64,000 nt of DNA, from the NCBI GenBank assembly GCA_044868145.1, contig JBIOWE010000004.1, forward strand, positions 203,197 through 267,196, read 5' to 3'. The stretch's first letter is position 1; every line of letters begins with the position of its first letter. The notes below the pieces were generated by a model. That model was not told the origin of the DNA. It ran no database searches and worked only from the letters and a program-made list of their open reading frames with translations. This DNA is from Patescibacteria group bacterium. Lineage in GTDB: Bacteria; Patescibacteriota; Patescibacteriia; UBA10025; JBIOWE01. The translations under genes were made by a program, and so were the position numbers. Of this stretch, positions 20,580-30,815 are shown one piece after another.

Positions 20580-20909
20580 TCACTTTACGGTCCATGTCCT
20601 CTTCTCCATGTGCCCTCCTTTGTATAGTAGGCTGTTTAAGACTACTGGGAGACGTGGGAATTGGAAATGCGCACACGTGGCGTCTTCGCAGATAGAGATC
20701 AGCACTTCTTTGCCTTCAGCAATAATGTACCCAAAAAGAAGTTGCCGTTTATCGTTTTCGCAGTGCACGCACTTCGGTGGAACGAATGTAACCGCAAATA
20801 TCTCGTGCGGTAACGTTCGGACTACTTGATTGTTGGGTAGGCCTCCATTGTAGACCACTGCAATGAATCTCAGCGATTCTTCAACGGTCATTTTCTCCTG
20901 CTTTATCAT
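20580..20909 (-). CDS. hypothetical protein (CxxC-containing)
   Basis: Own TTGACA promoter, GAGGTG SD; CVHC...C...C. Confidence 0.65.
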   Translation of the reverse strand: MIKQEKMTVEESLRFIAVVYNGGLPNNQVVRTLPHEIFAVTFVPPKCVHCENDKRQLLFGYIIAEGKEVLISICEDATCAHFQFPRLPVVLNSLLYKGGHMEKRTWTVK

Positions 20910-21123
20910 GGTGACCACCTCTTTCTCTCACGCGGCTCGTATCTTTCTATTATGAAAGAGCATATTCAACAGTACTCCTAGACCATCATCATTGTCAAAC
21001 ATACATAGTGGATAACTGGAAAGTGCTCATTCTTGTTATTGTGGCCCAAGAGGCGAAAGTTGCATCTTGTATTCAACCAGCATTCGTTTCCAACGCAACG
21101 TGCGTTTGCTATACTGAAGCCGT

Positions 21124-21372
21124 ATGACCATTGCCTATTCCGTTTTTCTGATCATCTACCTCGCGATCGTGGCGTTTTTTTTATTGTTTTCTACGTTTAA
21201 TATCTATAATATCGTCCGGTTCGGCTACATGCAGCGCACTGCCGTGATGGTTACGCTCGCTTACCTTCTCCTCGTCGCGGGCATCATGGTTGCTACATGG
21301 GGATTGTTACGTGAGATCAACTGGACGAATACATTAGAAATCGGATCACCATTCACGCAAATAACTGAGTAA
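21124..21372 (+). CDS. small membrane protein
   Basis: Two TM helices; TATACT 8 nt upstream of the ATG. Confidence 0.75.
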   Translation: MTIAYSVFLIIYLAIVAFFLLFSTFNIYNIVRFGYMQRTAVMVTLAYLLLVAGIMVATWGLLREINWTNTLEIGSPFTQITE

Positions 21373-21374
21373 CT

Positions 21375-21944
21375 ATGGAATTTCCCGGCCAATTACCGAA
21401 TGAGCGCGTGATTCTGCTGGTGCGAAGGCACACCTTCGTTCTTATTCGTCAGGTGCTCCTTTTAGTTATCGCCATGCTACTTCCCTTGGTCGTGTCTTAT
21501 TTCTTACAGAACTATACGACCGTTACACAAGATCCAACGAGTCTCTTGTATCTTTTGATCGTGCTCGGGGGCAGCGTGTATTATTTATTTATTATCTTAT
21601 TTTTATTCTCTTCGTGGGTTGATTACTACCTCGACATTTGGGTTGTCACGAGCGACCGTATTGTCAGCATTGAGCAGAAAGGCCTGTTTTCGCGAACCGT
21701 CGGAGAGCTGAAGCTGTATAGAGTTCAAGACGTAACGTCAAACGTCCGCGGGTTTTTACCCACCATGTTTCGGTATGGGGACGTGCGCATAGAAACCGCG
21801 GGCGAGCAAAGCCAGTTCACTTTTGAGCAGGTGCCGCATCCTGAACAAGTCGCAAAAATCATTATGGAAGCGCATGACCGATCTATGCAAGAAAAAGGCA
21901 TACAGGTTGATGGCATGGCGCAGGTTCAACAAACAAAAAAATAA
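21375..21944 (+). CDS. bacterial PH-domain (bPH_2) membrane protein
   Basis: RRH, two TMs, WVVTSDRIV...KGLFSR...VQDV...YGDVRIETAG. Confidence 0.85.
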   Translation: MEFPGQLPNERVILLVRRHTFVLIRQVLLLVIAMLLPLVVSYFLQNYTTVTQDPTSLLYLLIVLGGSVYYLFIILFLFSSWVDYYLDIWVVTSDRIVSIEQKGLFSRTVGELKLYRVQDVTSNVRGFLPTMFRYGDVRIETAGEQSQFTFEQVPHPEQVAKIIMEAHDRSMQEKGIQVDGMAQVQQTKK

Positions 21945-22076
21945 TGCGAAGAGTCACCGCAAACGTCGCTTAGCGTCTTTATTCTTCCAAAAGCGTCTTC
22001 ATCCGACTGGCATGGGTCGCCCCGCCACATCGGCGGGGCCTATTTGGTATATTGAAGGTTATTTCGTCGAGAGAGC

Positions 22077-22748
22077 TTAATCTTCCAGTAAGGTTTTCAT
22101 GCGACTGGCCTGGGCGGCAAACGCGCCCCAGTAATTTTTGTCGCGTTTTGCCTGTAATTCTTGTGCTATTTGTTCCCAGTCCCGGGCAGTTAAGCGCACG
22201 GCTCGAAACTTCTTCGGATCGATATGTTTCATATTCGCTGCGTGTTTCGTAAACTTGCCGGTAATATCCTGGTCTTTGAGGTCATTGAGCTTGCCAAGCA
22301 TGCCTTTCCATTCTTTTTCGCCGATAGTAATTGTTTGAAAACGCTCGGGGTCAAGTCGTTTAAGATGCGTTGCGTGCGCAGCGTAATTTTGCCAGTTACT
22401 GAACACTGCGAATTTTTTTAAAGCGACCATCATTTCTTTCCAGTCGTTTTCCGCGATGGTAATGTTGGCGAACCGTTGTTCATCAATCGGTTTCATGCGT
22501 GCGGCGCGCGCAGTGAACGCGAACCAGTCCTTGTTGGCTTTGTATTTTTCTAACTCGCGCGTCATTGCGTTCCATTGGTCGTCGGTAATGGTAATGTCTT
22601 TGCGAAAACGTTCCGGATTAATGTTCGCCATGCGCGCGGCATGCCACGTGAAATCACGCCAAAACCTGCCTCGAAGGTAATTCTCCGCCTCGGTTTTCAT
22701 GTTTTGCCAGTCCTTTTCCGTGATGTTGAATACGCTTGGTTGCGACAT
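22077..22748 (-). CDS. helical repeat protein, five ~44-aa repeats
   Basis: Repeat unit I-x3-W-x2-M...W-x2-F-x3-AA-x-MK-x-IDP-x2-F. Confidence 0.85.
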   Translation of the reverse strand: MSQPSVFNITEKDWQNMKTEAENYLRGRFWRDFTWHAARMANINPERFRKDITITDDQWNAMTRELEKYKANKDWFAFTARAARMKPIDEQRFANITIAENDWKEMMVALKKFAVFSNWQNYAAHATHLKRLDPERFQTITIGEKEWKGMLGKLNDLKDQDITGKFTKHAANMKHIDPKKFRAVRLTARDWEQIAQELQAKRDKNYWGAFAAQASRMKTLLED

Positions 22749-22887
22749 ATCTTGTATTATACCTGTCCTGGCAGATCTTTTGAACTGCCGTGCCTGGGTA
22801 CAGATGCGGTATCTATAAAATCAACCCAGAAGGTACTTGCCTTGCCTGGGGTGAGATTGCCGATGACCGAAGCGATCCCTCGTAACT

Positions 22888-23133
22888 TCAGATGCTTGAT
22901 AAGGTTGGCGGAGAGACGGACTCTCCAGGCGCAAGTGAAGCAGCGCCGTATGAGCCAACAAAGCCGGTTTGTATGAGCACGGTCGGTGTTTGCGTATTCT
23001 GATATGATTCGCTTCGAGCTGCTCCGTCTGGGTTATCGGAAGAATACGCGCCTTCTTGGTTCAAGAGAATGAAGGCAGCGACAAGGAAGACCATCATAAC
23101 GGTAAGGAGTGGGCTAATGTGCTTTTTGCGCAT
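22888..23133 (-). CDS. small exported/membrane hypothetical protein
   Basis: Signal-like N-terminus MRKKHISPLLTVMMVFLVAAF. Confidence 0.45.
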   Translation of the reverse strand: MRKKHISPLLTVMMVFLVAAFILLNQEGAYSSDNPDGAARSESYQNTQTPTVLIQTGFVGSYGAASLAPGESVSPPTLSSI

Positions 23134-23420
23134 AAAAACGAAAAAAGTGTTTATCGATCCCCATAGATATAAACACCTTCATATCTGAAGTTATTCGTGC
23201 TGGTTTTTGTTTTGTGTTTTTGAGACCGCTTTGGTCTGAAAACTCCGTTGAAGGTCTTGGGAGTCGATTTTTATTTTTGTTTGTGGAACAACAAGTGTTC
23301 TACTATGTATGATAGCAAATTTTTTCCGCGTTGTCAATGGCATCGAAACATGATAGCATACAGAAATAGAGACGCCAGCTGTCATAGGATAGATTGCGTC
23401 TCTCGTTTTTCTCAAGGACC

Positions 23421-24863
23421 ATGTCGTATACACGACGAATTGCGCATAATACAATCATTCAGATTATTGGTAAGGCGATTAGTACAGCAATCGGCGTTTT
23501 TGTTATTGCACTCCTGACCAGATATCTCGGTCGCGCCGGCTTTGGGCAGTACTATACGATTCTCGCTTTCCTCCAGATTTTCGGAGTCATCGTCGACATG
23601 GGGTTGTATATTATATTGATAAAGAAAATGTCAGAGCCTGGTACCGATCGCGACGTTCTGGCGAGCAACATCTTCACGCTCCGATTCATTTCCGCTTTTG
23701 TCTTGCTCGGACTCGCACCACTTGCCGTTTTATTTTTCCCTTACCCGGCAATTGTAAAAACCGGCGTGCTTATCGCAACGCTTTCCTATTTTGCCATTAC
23801 GCTCAATCAAACACTCACGGGTGTTTTTCAGGTTCATTTACAAATGTATAAGACGGCCACTGCTGAAGTGGTCGGCAGGATAGTTCTTCTGCTCGGAACC
23901 ATTTACGTCATTCGACAAGACGCCGGGCTTCTATGGGTGATGGTTGTCGTCGTACTCGGTAGCCTTCTGAATTTTTTCATAACATTTGCATACGCCAAGA
24001 AACTCGTGCGCATTCGCCCACGTTTCGACCTTCACCTTTGGAAGGATATTCTGCGTGAGTCATGGCCTATCGCGCTTTCGATTATCTTTAATCTTGTTTA
24101 TTTTAAAGCAGATACGATCATCCTCTCTCTTTACAAAGGAGCGGACGAGGTTGGCATCTATGGCGCAAGCTATCGAGTGCTTGAAGTACTCATCACGTTT
24201 CCCGCCATGTTTGCCGGGCTGGTGACGCCACTGCTCGCCTCGAGCTGGGCTGCGCAGGACCGCGAACGATTCAAGCGAGTGTTGCGTAAGGGATTCGACT
24301 TCATGGCCATGATCGCAATTCCACTCGTCGTTGGCACGATCTTTCTCGCCACACCCGTGATGAATCTCGTTGCACCATCATTTACGAATGCAGATAAAGT
24401 CCTACGCATCTTGATTGTAGCGACCGCTACCATTTTTATCGGAAACTTATTCGGGAACACCGTTGTGGCGCTCAATAAACAAAAAACAATGATGTGGCTG
24501 TATATTGTCGTGGCAGTGGTGTCTCTCGTCGGCTATTTAGTGCTTATTCCACGTTTTTCCTATTTCGGAGCGGCAGCGATGACCGTTGCTTCAGAGCTGA
24601 TGGTAACGATTGCAGCGCTCGTTATCGTTGGCGTCACGTCGCGCATCTGGCCATCATTTGTTTTATTCGGTAAATCGTTGATTGCCGCGGGCGTCATGGC
24701 GATTGCTCTGTCGTTCCTACAATCGTGGAATCTTTTCCTTTTGATTGTTATTGCATTAGTCGTGTATTCCGTTATGCTCTTCCTGCTTCGAGCAATTTCA
24801 AAAGAAACAATCTATGAAATCTTGCGACTGCGTGGTGGTGATAACCAGGCGACGCCCGTATGA
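23421..24863 (+). CDS. Wzx-type polysaccharide flippase
   Basis: IAHNT, TRYLG, DMGL, DTIILS...VGIYGASYR; many TM helices. Confidence 0.92.
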   Translation: MSYTRRIAHNTIIQIIGKAISTAIGVFVIALLTRYLGRAGFGQYYTILAFLQIFGVIVDMGLYIILIKKMSEPGTDRDVLASNIFTLRFISAFVLLGLAPLAVLFFPYPAIVKTGVLIATLSYFAITLNQTLTGVFQVHLQMYKTATAEVVGRIVLLLGTIYVIRQDAGLLWVMVVVVLGSLLNFFITFAYAKKLVRIRPRFDLHLWKDILRESWPIALSIIFNLVYFKADTIILSLYKGADEVGIYGASYRVLEVLITFPAMFAGLVTPLLASSWAAQDRERFKRVLRKGFDFMAMIAIPLVVGTIFLATPVMNLVAPSFTNADKVLRILIVATATIFIGNLFGNTVVALNKQKTMMWLYIVVAVVSLVGYLVLIPRFSYFGAAAMTVASELMVTIAALVIVGVTSRIWPSFVLFGKSLIAAGVMAIALSFLQSWNLFLLIVIALVVYSVMLFLLRAISKETIYEILRLRGGDNQATPV

Positions 24864-26002
24864 TGAACGTTCTTATCTTAAAATTTCCCTACCAGTCACT
24901 ATTTGGCGGTGGCGAATGGCACACGTTGAAACTCGTGGAAGGGTTGCAACTCAAAGGCTACCGATTCTTCCTTGCTTCATCGTGTCCGGTGTTGTTGCGG
25001 GAATTCGCGAAGCGCCGCTGGCCGACAAAACGCTTCTGGGCTGGCAAAGAGCCGGTCAGCATGGGCGCGCTCATCTTGTTTCCGTTCACGCTACCATTCG
25101 TCGTTATTGCGCTCTTTGCTCTGCTTTTATATTACCGTGTGGCCAAGCGGGTCAAGGTGGTGTACTGTATGCAACTAACGGAAAAAATATTACTGGCGCC
25201 GTTCGCGCGAATGCTCGGTATGCGTGTTATTTGGATTGAGCACGTGACCCCTGGTCGTTGGTTTAGGGCAAATCCCCTCAAAGCACTCTATCGACGGTGC
25301 GCGCGTCTTGTAACCATTGTTGTTATCTCTGATATTATCAAAAAAGAGTATGCCGATCTGGGCGTGCCTGCGGATCGCATGGTCAGAATTTATCCGGGCG
25401 TGGATAGCGCGCACATCAAACAAAAGCAAGTTTATTGGGACAAGCCCAATCGTTTGATCGTGGGCGTGGTCGCTCGCCTTGTGCAAGAAAAGGGCATTGA
25501 ATTTTTCTTGCAAGCGCTAAAAATCGTCCGCGACATTATTCCGAATGCTCAAGCCATTGTCGTGGGTGACGGACCGGAACGAGAAAAACTTGAATGGCTA
25601 AGTCGCCAGCTGCAGTTGAAAGAGCATGTGCAATGGGTAGGCTACCAGCAGGACGTTGAGCAATGGTATAGTTATTTCGATATGTTCGTGTTGCCATCGG
25701 TCGTGCGCGAGTCGTTCGGCATTGTGCTTGTTCAGGCGATGGCAGCGGGCGTGCCAGTCATCGGCTCTCGCCTTGGGGGCATACGTGAAATTATCGATGA
25801 TGGCAGCACAGGCCTTCTGGCGGAGCCCGGCTCGAGCCAGTCGATAGCGGATTGCATCATGCGTTTGTATACAGACAAAGCGCTGACGCAGTCAATCGTG
25901 TCTGCGGCACATGAAAAGGTTCAGCAATCATTTAGTATAGATTCAATGCTTCGCGATTTTTCGATTATTTTTTCAGGCAAACACCATGGACCACGCGATT
26001 GA
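24860..26002 (+). CDS. glycosyltransferase family 4
   Basis: GGGE, ARLVQEKG, GDGPER, ESFGIVLVQAMAAGVPVIGSRLGG. Confidence 0.93.
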   Translation: MMNVLILKFPYQSLFGGGEWHTLKLVEGLQLKGYRFFLASSCPVLLREFAKRRWPTKRFWAGKEPVSMGALILFPFTLPFVVIALFALLLYYRVAKRVKVVYCMQLTEKILLAPFARMLGMRVIWIEHVTPGRWFRANPLKALYRRCARLVTIVVISDIIKKEYADLGVPADRMVRIYPGVDSAHIKQKQVYWDKPNRLIVGVVARLVQEKGIEFFLQALKIVRDIIPNAQAIVVGDGPEREKLEWLSRQLQLKEHVQWVGYQQDVEQWYSYFDMFVLPSVVRESFGIVLVQAMAAGVPVIGSRLGGIREIIDDGSTGLLAEPGSSQSIADCIMRLYTDKALTQSIVSAAHEKVQQSFSIDSMLRDFSIIFSGKHHGPRD

Positions 26003-27458
26003 ACTTCCGCATAAACAAAAGTATCTCTTGGTCGGTGCTGCGCTTCTGGCCGCTCTGATGCTTAGTGTGCTTAACGCGTTTACGCCCCCATTATTTTTTC
26101 TCGCGGGACTGGCGTTTATCGCGCTTGCCGTTCTGATATTCCGTTCGCCTCTTTTTGGCATCGCAATCGTTGGCTTTTTGCTGCCGTTTGAGCGTATAGG
26201 CGCATACGAACTTGGTAGAACGACAGTTCGATTAAGCCAGGTTTTTCTCATTGTTACTATCGCAGCGTTTCTTGCGTACGTAGTACGTAAGCGTGATCGC
26301 TTCATTGGCTCGAACCCGCTGCTCATCGCGCTACTTTTGTTTATCGCGGCGAACGTGTTGTCATTGGTGAATACCGTCAACCTTACTCGGTCCGTTTTTG
26401 TGCTCATATTTACTGCTTTCACGGTGGTTCTTGCCTGGCTTGTGCCGGCTATCGTCAAAACGCAGAGATCCATTCGAACAATCATTCTCGTGTTGCTCGC
26501 AAGTTGCTTCTTGGTAAGCGCGTTCGGTATTTTTCAATTTTTTGGAGACATGGTTGGCCTGCCGACGTCCATCACCGGCCTGCGTGATCTCTATACAAAA
26601 GACGTGCTGGGGTTCCCGCGTGTGCAATCCACGGCGTATGAACCACTGTATTTTGCCAATTACCTTTTACTGCCTCTCAGTCTCGCATTCGCACTTTTTT
26701 TATCGAAACGACAGCAATTGAAATCATCCTGGCTCCTGATCATACTTATTCTCGGAACGGCGAGCTTTGTCCTTACCGTATCGCGCGGGGGCTACATCGC
26801 GTTTACTGTCTCCATGCTCGTGATTTGTATCGCGTATTTTCGTAAAGTGTTTCGGCTGCGCAACATCGTCATATTTGTGGCTGCCACGACCTTCCTTTGG
26901 TGGTTTGTGGTGAAAGCGCTCGGTTTTGGCGGCGGCCTCTTTACTCTCGATACGTTTAAAGAACATGTGGGCAATGTGTTTTATGGCGCCTCATTTAATG
27001 AGCGCGTGTATACGCTCGAGCAAGCCCAAACTGCATTTCGCGAGCACCCCCTTGTTGGTATCGGCGTCGGCGCGTTTGGTCCGTATGTTGCGCCCCATCC
27101 ATATTACATGCCGAAAGATGGCTGGAAAATCGTGAACAACGAGTTCGTTGAGATTCTTGCGGAAACGGGCTTGCTCGGTTTTCTTACGTTTTTTCTTGTT
27201 GTGCTCGTTCTCATCGTGCGCTCGATTAAGGCGATTTTGAGATCACGTGACCCGTACTTGAAAGCTATTATGGTTGCGTTGTTCGCGGCATTTATCGGCG
27301 TGCTCGTACAATACCAAACATTCTCCACGCTCTATATTATGCATGTATGGTTTTTGATTGGTTTGATGGTGGCGGCGCAGAATATAATCCTGGAAGGGGC
27401 AACCCTTCGGGTTTCCCCTTCCCACGCCTCCCCTTCCTCTCCCGAGATGAAAGCTTGA
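25986..27458 (+). CDS. O-antigen ligase/polymerase family membrane protein
   Basis: RVQSTAYEPLYFANY, LTVSRGG, HPLVGIGVGAF, NEFVEILAETGLLG. Confidence 0.88.
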   Translation: MDHAIELPHKQKYLLVGAALLAALMLSVLNAFTPPLFFLAGLAFIALAVLIFRSPLFGIAIVGFLLPFERIGAYELGRTTVRLSQVFLIVTIAAFLAYVVRKRDRFIGSNPLLIALLLFIAANVLSLVNTVNLTRSVFVLIFTAFTVVLAWLVPAIVKTQRSIRTIILVLLASCFLVSAFGIFQFFGDMVGLPTSITGLRDLYTKDVLGFPRVQSTAYEPLYFANYLLLPLSLAFALFLSKRQQLKSSWLLIILILGTASFVLTVSRGGYIAFTVSMLVICIAYFRKVFRLRNIVIFVAATTFLWWFVVKALGFGGGLFTLDTFKEHVGNVFYGASFNERVYTLEQAQTAFREHPLVGIGVGAFGPYVAPHPYYMPKDGWKIVNNEFVEILAETGLLGFLTFFLVVLVLIVRSIKAILRSRDPYLKAIMVALFAAFIGVLVQYQTFSTLYIMHVWFLIGLMVAAQNIILEGATLRVSPSHASPSSPEMKA

Positions 27459-27493
27459 TTGGCTCGTTTCGGGCACCCACGAGACCCGAAACA
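27391..27493. repeat. cluster of palindromes overlapping the gene 3' end
   Basis: ggaagggg-caacccttcgggttt-ccccttcc and gtttcggg...cccgaaac hairpins. Confidence 0.5.
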
Positions 27494-27679
27494 TCGCGTG
27501 GTATGTTCACGCTTGTCAGCTCGATTCATGCAGCAGAAAATAAATTTTCTGCTACGCGACATGACGCTTGTTACGCAATCCATCCGTAGACGAAGATTTA
27601 TCTTCGTCTTTGTAAACCCGTGGCTGATTTTGTCGATTAACCGATTAACTGATTAACAAGATCGTGTTACAATTCAACC

Positions 27680-28939
27680 ATGTTTGAAACGATTTTGATT
27701 ATCATTTTTACTCTGTTCTTCTTTTGGGTTGCTTGGTGGAAGCTCGATTGGGCGATTGCGCTCACCATAGTATTCCTTCCTACCTATCTTTTGCGCTTCC
27801 AAGTATGGTTCGTACCGATGACGATTTTGGAGATCATGCTGCTCGCGGTATTCGTCGTTTGGCTTATTCAATCCTTGTTACGTAAAATACCGATTCAATT
27901 TCCTTGGCGCTTCCTAATAGCATTGTTCGTATTGGCCGGCGTAGCCGCTATTGTGGTCTCGCCAGACACACGCCAGGCGCTTGGTTTATGGAAGGCATAT
28001 ATCCTAGAGCCCGTATTGTTTTTTATAGCGTTCGTCAATACGATAAAAACCGAACAACAGGTGCGAACGGTGATCTGGGCGCTTGGTGCGCTCGCCGTGC
28101 TCGTTGGCTATGGTACGTTCATACAATATCTCGGGCTCGCGCCGATTCCCGAACCGTATGGCCTCGAAATACCGATACGCGCCACGTCGGTATTCCCCTT
28201 TCCAACGGCAGTTGGCAAGCTTATTGGTCCATTACTTGGTTTGTTCTTGGGCCTTGCGTTTGTCAGAGGTACATTAGAAAGCGAACCGTGGCGACGAAAA
28301 ATGTTCCTTTGGGGCGTGATCGCGTTTTCGATCATTGCCTTAGTGTTGTCTTTCTCGCGTGGGGCGCTCATCGGTGCGTTTGTTGCTTTAATCTTCGTTA
28401 GCTTCTTCAGTCAATGGAAAAAATGGCTGTGGTTAGGAATTGTCGGACTAATAGTGCTGACACTCGTTTTTCCATTTACGAGGAATGAGCTTGTGTCCGT
28501 GTTCAATGTGCGTGACACGTCTGCAGATGTGCATCGTGTGCTCTGGAAAGGCGCAATCCGTATCGTGAAAGCTAATCCAATTACCGGCACGGGGCTTGCG
28601 AGCTTTCCTATTGTGTATGAAAAGTATAAAGAAGCGTCGCATACTGAATTTTTTCCGAACCCGGACCACCTTATTCTCACGCTCTGGATTGAGATGGGGC
28701 TTGCTGGCCTGATTATTTTTGCTTGGCTTGTCGTGAAATTTTTCCGCGCGGGCTGTCTCGCGCTCAGAAATGCGCAGCCATGGCAGCGCTCCCTTGTGGT
28801 CGGCTTGATGGCCGCGATGGTGGCGATCATTGTGCACGGATTTTTTGATACGCCGTATTTTAAGAATGACTTGGCTGTCGAGTTTTGGGTGTTGGTGGGG
28901 TTGATGGTACTTATACGACGTTTACCAACATCCTCTTGA
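27680..28939 (+). CDS. O-antigen ligase family membrane protein
   Basis: RATSVF, SFSRGA, RVLWKGA, PITGTGL, HLILTLWIEMGLAG, HGFFDTPYFKND. Confidence 0.88.
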   Translation: MFETILIIIFTLFFFWVAWWKLDWAIALTIVFLPTYLLRFQVWFVPMTILEIMLLAVFVVWLIQSLLRKIPIQFPWRFLIALFVLAGVAAIVVSPDTRQALGLWKAYILEPVLFFIAFVNTIKTEQQVRTVIWALGALAVLVGYGTFIQYLGLAPIPEPYGLEIPIRATSVFPFPTAVGKLIGPLLGLFLGLAFVRGTLESEPWRRKMFLWGVIAFSIIALVLSFSRGALIGAFVALIFVSFFSQWKKWLWLGIVGLIVLTLVFPFTRNELVSVFNVRDTSADVHRVLWKGAIRIVKANPITGTGLASFPIVYEKYKEASHTEFFPNPDHLILTLWIEMGLAGLIIFAWLVVKFFRAGCLALRNAQPWQRSLVVGLMAAMVAIIVHGFFDTPYFKNDLAVEFWVLVGLMVLIRRLPTSS

Positions 28940-29019
28940 CGGCTACATTATTTCTTTGCTAAGGTGTGAATATATGGATCTTTTAGAAGAAGCAACTTAA
29001 CAAGAAAAAAGGAGGAAGT

Positions 29020-29442
29020 ATGGCAGGAGCAGATGGTGGCGGTTTTTTTAACGTGTACGACACCGAATTGCCTTTTACGCTCGAACGCGATGAAGTAGAA
29101 GAGCTGCAAGATGTTGATACGCAGCTGCAACTTCTTCAGGAGGAGAGGATTCAACTGAAAGTCCGATTGGCCTATAAGAAAGGATTTGCCTCGAAAGACC
29201 TTAAGGCATTAAAAACGATTGATGGCAGCTCATTCATTAGGATAAAGACAAATCCTTGTTATGCAACTGCTTCAAATGGAGACAAGGCGTATCTCTGTTG
29301 TGACGAATTCTCCCAGGTCGTCCGTTGTGGCTGGGTTAAGGGTGAACCAAATACTTCAAGATATGCAGAAGCACTTCTCCGAAATAATGAGTCACGGCAT
29401 TGTGTACTTTGTTGGAAAACCGTCAAGGCCATGATACGGTAG
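29020..29442 (+). CDS. hypothetical protein (Cys-containing C-terminus)
   Basis: Own TTGACG/TAAGGT promoter, GGAGG SD, hairpin after the stop. Confidence 0.7.
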   Translation: MAGADGGGFFNVYDTELPFTLERDEVEELQDVDTQLQLLQEERIQLKVRLAYKKGFASKDLKALKTIDGSSFIRIKTNPCYATASNGDKAYLCCDEFSQVVRCGWVKGEPNTSRYAEALLRNNESRHCVLCWKTVKAMIR

Positions 29443-29555
29443 CAGTTTAAGCCCCCGCATTTCGTCAACTGACTTTGCGGGGTGTTTATTTTCCACTGTT
29501 CCACTGTCATCTCGAATAAAAAAGCCGCTCGGTTCATTACCGCGCGGCTTTTGGT

Positions 29556-29951
29556 TTATACAATGTCATTGCTTCCGACAGGAATTTTTCTCGGGTCAAT
29601 TTGAATCTGCAAAAGGGGCGACCCGTCTTTCGTAATGAAGATGAGCGCTCGGTCGTTCTCGGTTTTGTCGAGGATACCCGTTTTGTATGGTACTAATGAA
29701 GCGCCATACGTTTTCCCTAGAATATCTTCCGTCAGTCCAAGCGGCTCAAGGGTAATAATGAGGCGGTGACTCACCAAATCGCTAAATTCCAGCTTTACGC
29801 CGTTTGGAACGAACTCATATGATTGCAGCACGTACACTGTTATTGCGTCACCCTGAATGGGCATCACAAAGAAAATGTAGAGCGTAAACAGCAGACAAAT
29901 ACATGTTAACAGAACAATGACGATGTTTTTAAGGTTCAAGAGCTTCTTCAC
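29556..29951 (-). CDS. hypothetical membrane-anchored protein
   Basis: TTGACA-16-TACAAT promoter, AGGAGG SD, GTG start, N-terminal TM. Confidence 0.7.
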   Translation of the reverse strand: MKKLLNLKNIVIVLLTCICLLFTLYIFFVMPIQGDAITVYVLQSYEFVPNGVKLEFSDLVSHRLIITLEPLGLTEDILGKTYGASLVPYKTGILDKTENDRALIFITKDGSPLLQIQIDPRKIPVGSNDIV

Positions 29952-30019
29952 TGCCTCCTCCTTTTTAGTTTTTATTTTTGAACTTACGATTGTAGCAAAA
30001 AGGAATCTTTTGTCAAGGG

Positions 30020-30727
30020 TTATGAAAGTTCGTATGTCATATCCTTTCGCTCCACCACAATAGTCCAGCCGCGGCGTTTTGCTATTTGGTACAAACTTGC
30101 GTTCGGGTTAAAAGCTATTGGTTTATCGACGAGCGTGAGAAAACTCGCATCCGGCACCGTGTCGCCGACGCCGATTGAATGGCGTAAGCTGTGCCCGGAC
30201 GTTTTGATGTATGATAAAAGAAATTGTTTTTTCACCTTTCCAAGGTCAAGGAGCACTTTACCTGTGTAGAGCCCATTCTTTCCCACTTCATACATGGAGC
30301 CGAACGCATGGTTGAATCGCCAGTGTTTGTTGAATTCTTCCACAATTTCTTGCGGTGAACCAGAAATCGCGACCAGATGATACTTGTCGCGCAACGAATG
30401 AATCAAATCACGCGTGTAACGATACACGCGTTTTTTCATAGTGAGTATGACGCTCCGTGCCACACGGCGCACGTCGACAGCTCTTTTCCCCCGAATCGTC
30501 TTAGTAAATTGCCGAACAGCAGTTAGAATGTATTCTTCATAGCTTCCTTCGCGGTCCATCCAGGCGCGCTGTTTTCTTTTGATCGGTTGCAGGATGTTCC
30601 GCGGCAATACGCCCGCTCCCACAAGCGCAAAGCAAAGCTCCAAGGTTAAGCTCGAGCGAAAAATGGTACCATCAATGTCGAATATAGCAAGGGGTGGCTT
30701 CTTATGTTGTTTGCCGTTTGCTTCCAT
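30020..30727 (-). CDS. HAD-IB family hydrolase (phosphoserine phosphatase-like)
   Basis: FDIDGT, ISGS, GVGDTVPD, AFNP...L...A...GW. Confidence 0.92.
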   Translation of the reverse strand: MEANGKQHKKPPLAIFDIDGTIFRSSLTLELCFALVGAGVLPRNILQPIKRKQRAWMDREGSYEEYILTAVRQFTKTIRGKRAVDVRRVARSVILTMKKRVYRYTRDLIHSLRDKYHLVAISGSPQEIVEEFNKHWRFNHAFGSMYEVGKNGLYTGKVLLDLGKVKKQFLLSYIKTSGHSLRHSIGVGDTVPDASFLTLVDKPIAFNPNASLYQIAKRRGWTIVVERKDMTYELS

Positions 30728-30737
30728 AGATGCGCAA

Positions 30738-30809
30738 TGGGCGAGGATGGAGTCGAACCATCGCCCCCGTGTTTATAAGACACGTGCTCCACCGTTGAGC
30801 TACTCGCCC
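30738..30809 (-). tRNA. tRNA-Ile(TAT)
   Basis: Acceptor GGGCGAG/CTCGCCC-A; anticodon arm cgtgt-ctTATaa-acacg; GTTCGAC T-loop; CCA not encoded. Confidence 0.92.
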
Positions 30810-30815
30810 TCGATA

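Noticed and set aside
22760-22890. Frameshifted continuation of ORF 22888-23133
   Set aside because: An alternative frame is open but has no recognisable homology; cannot be supported
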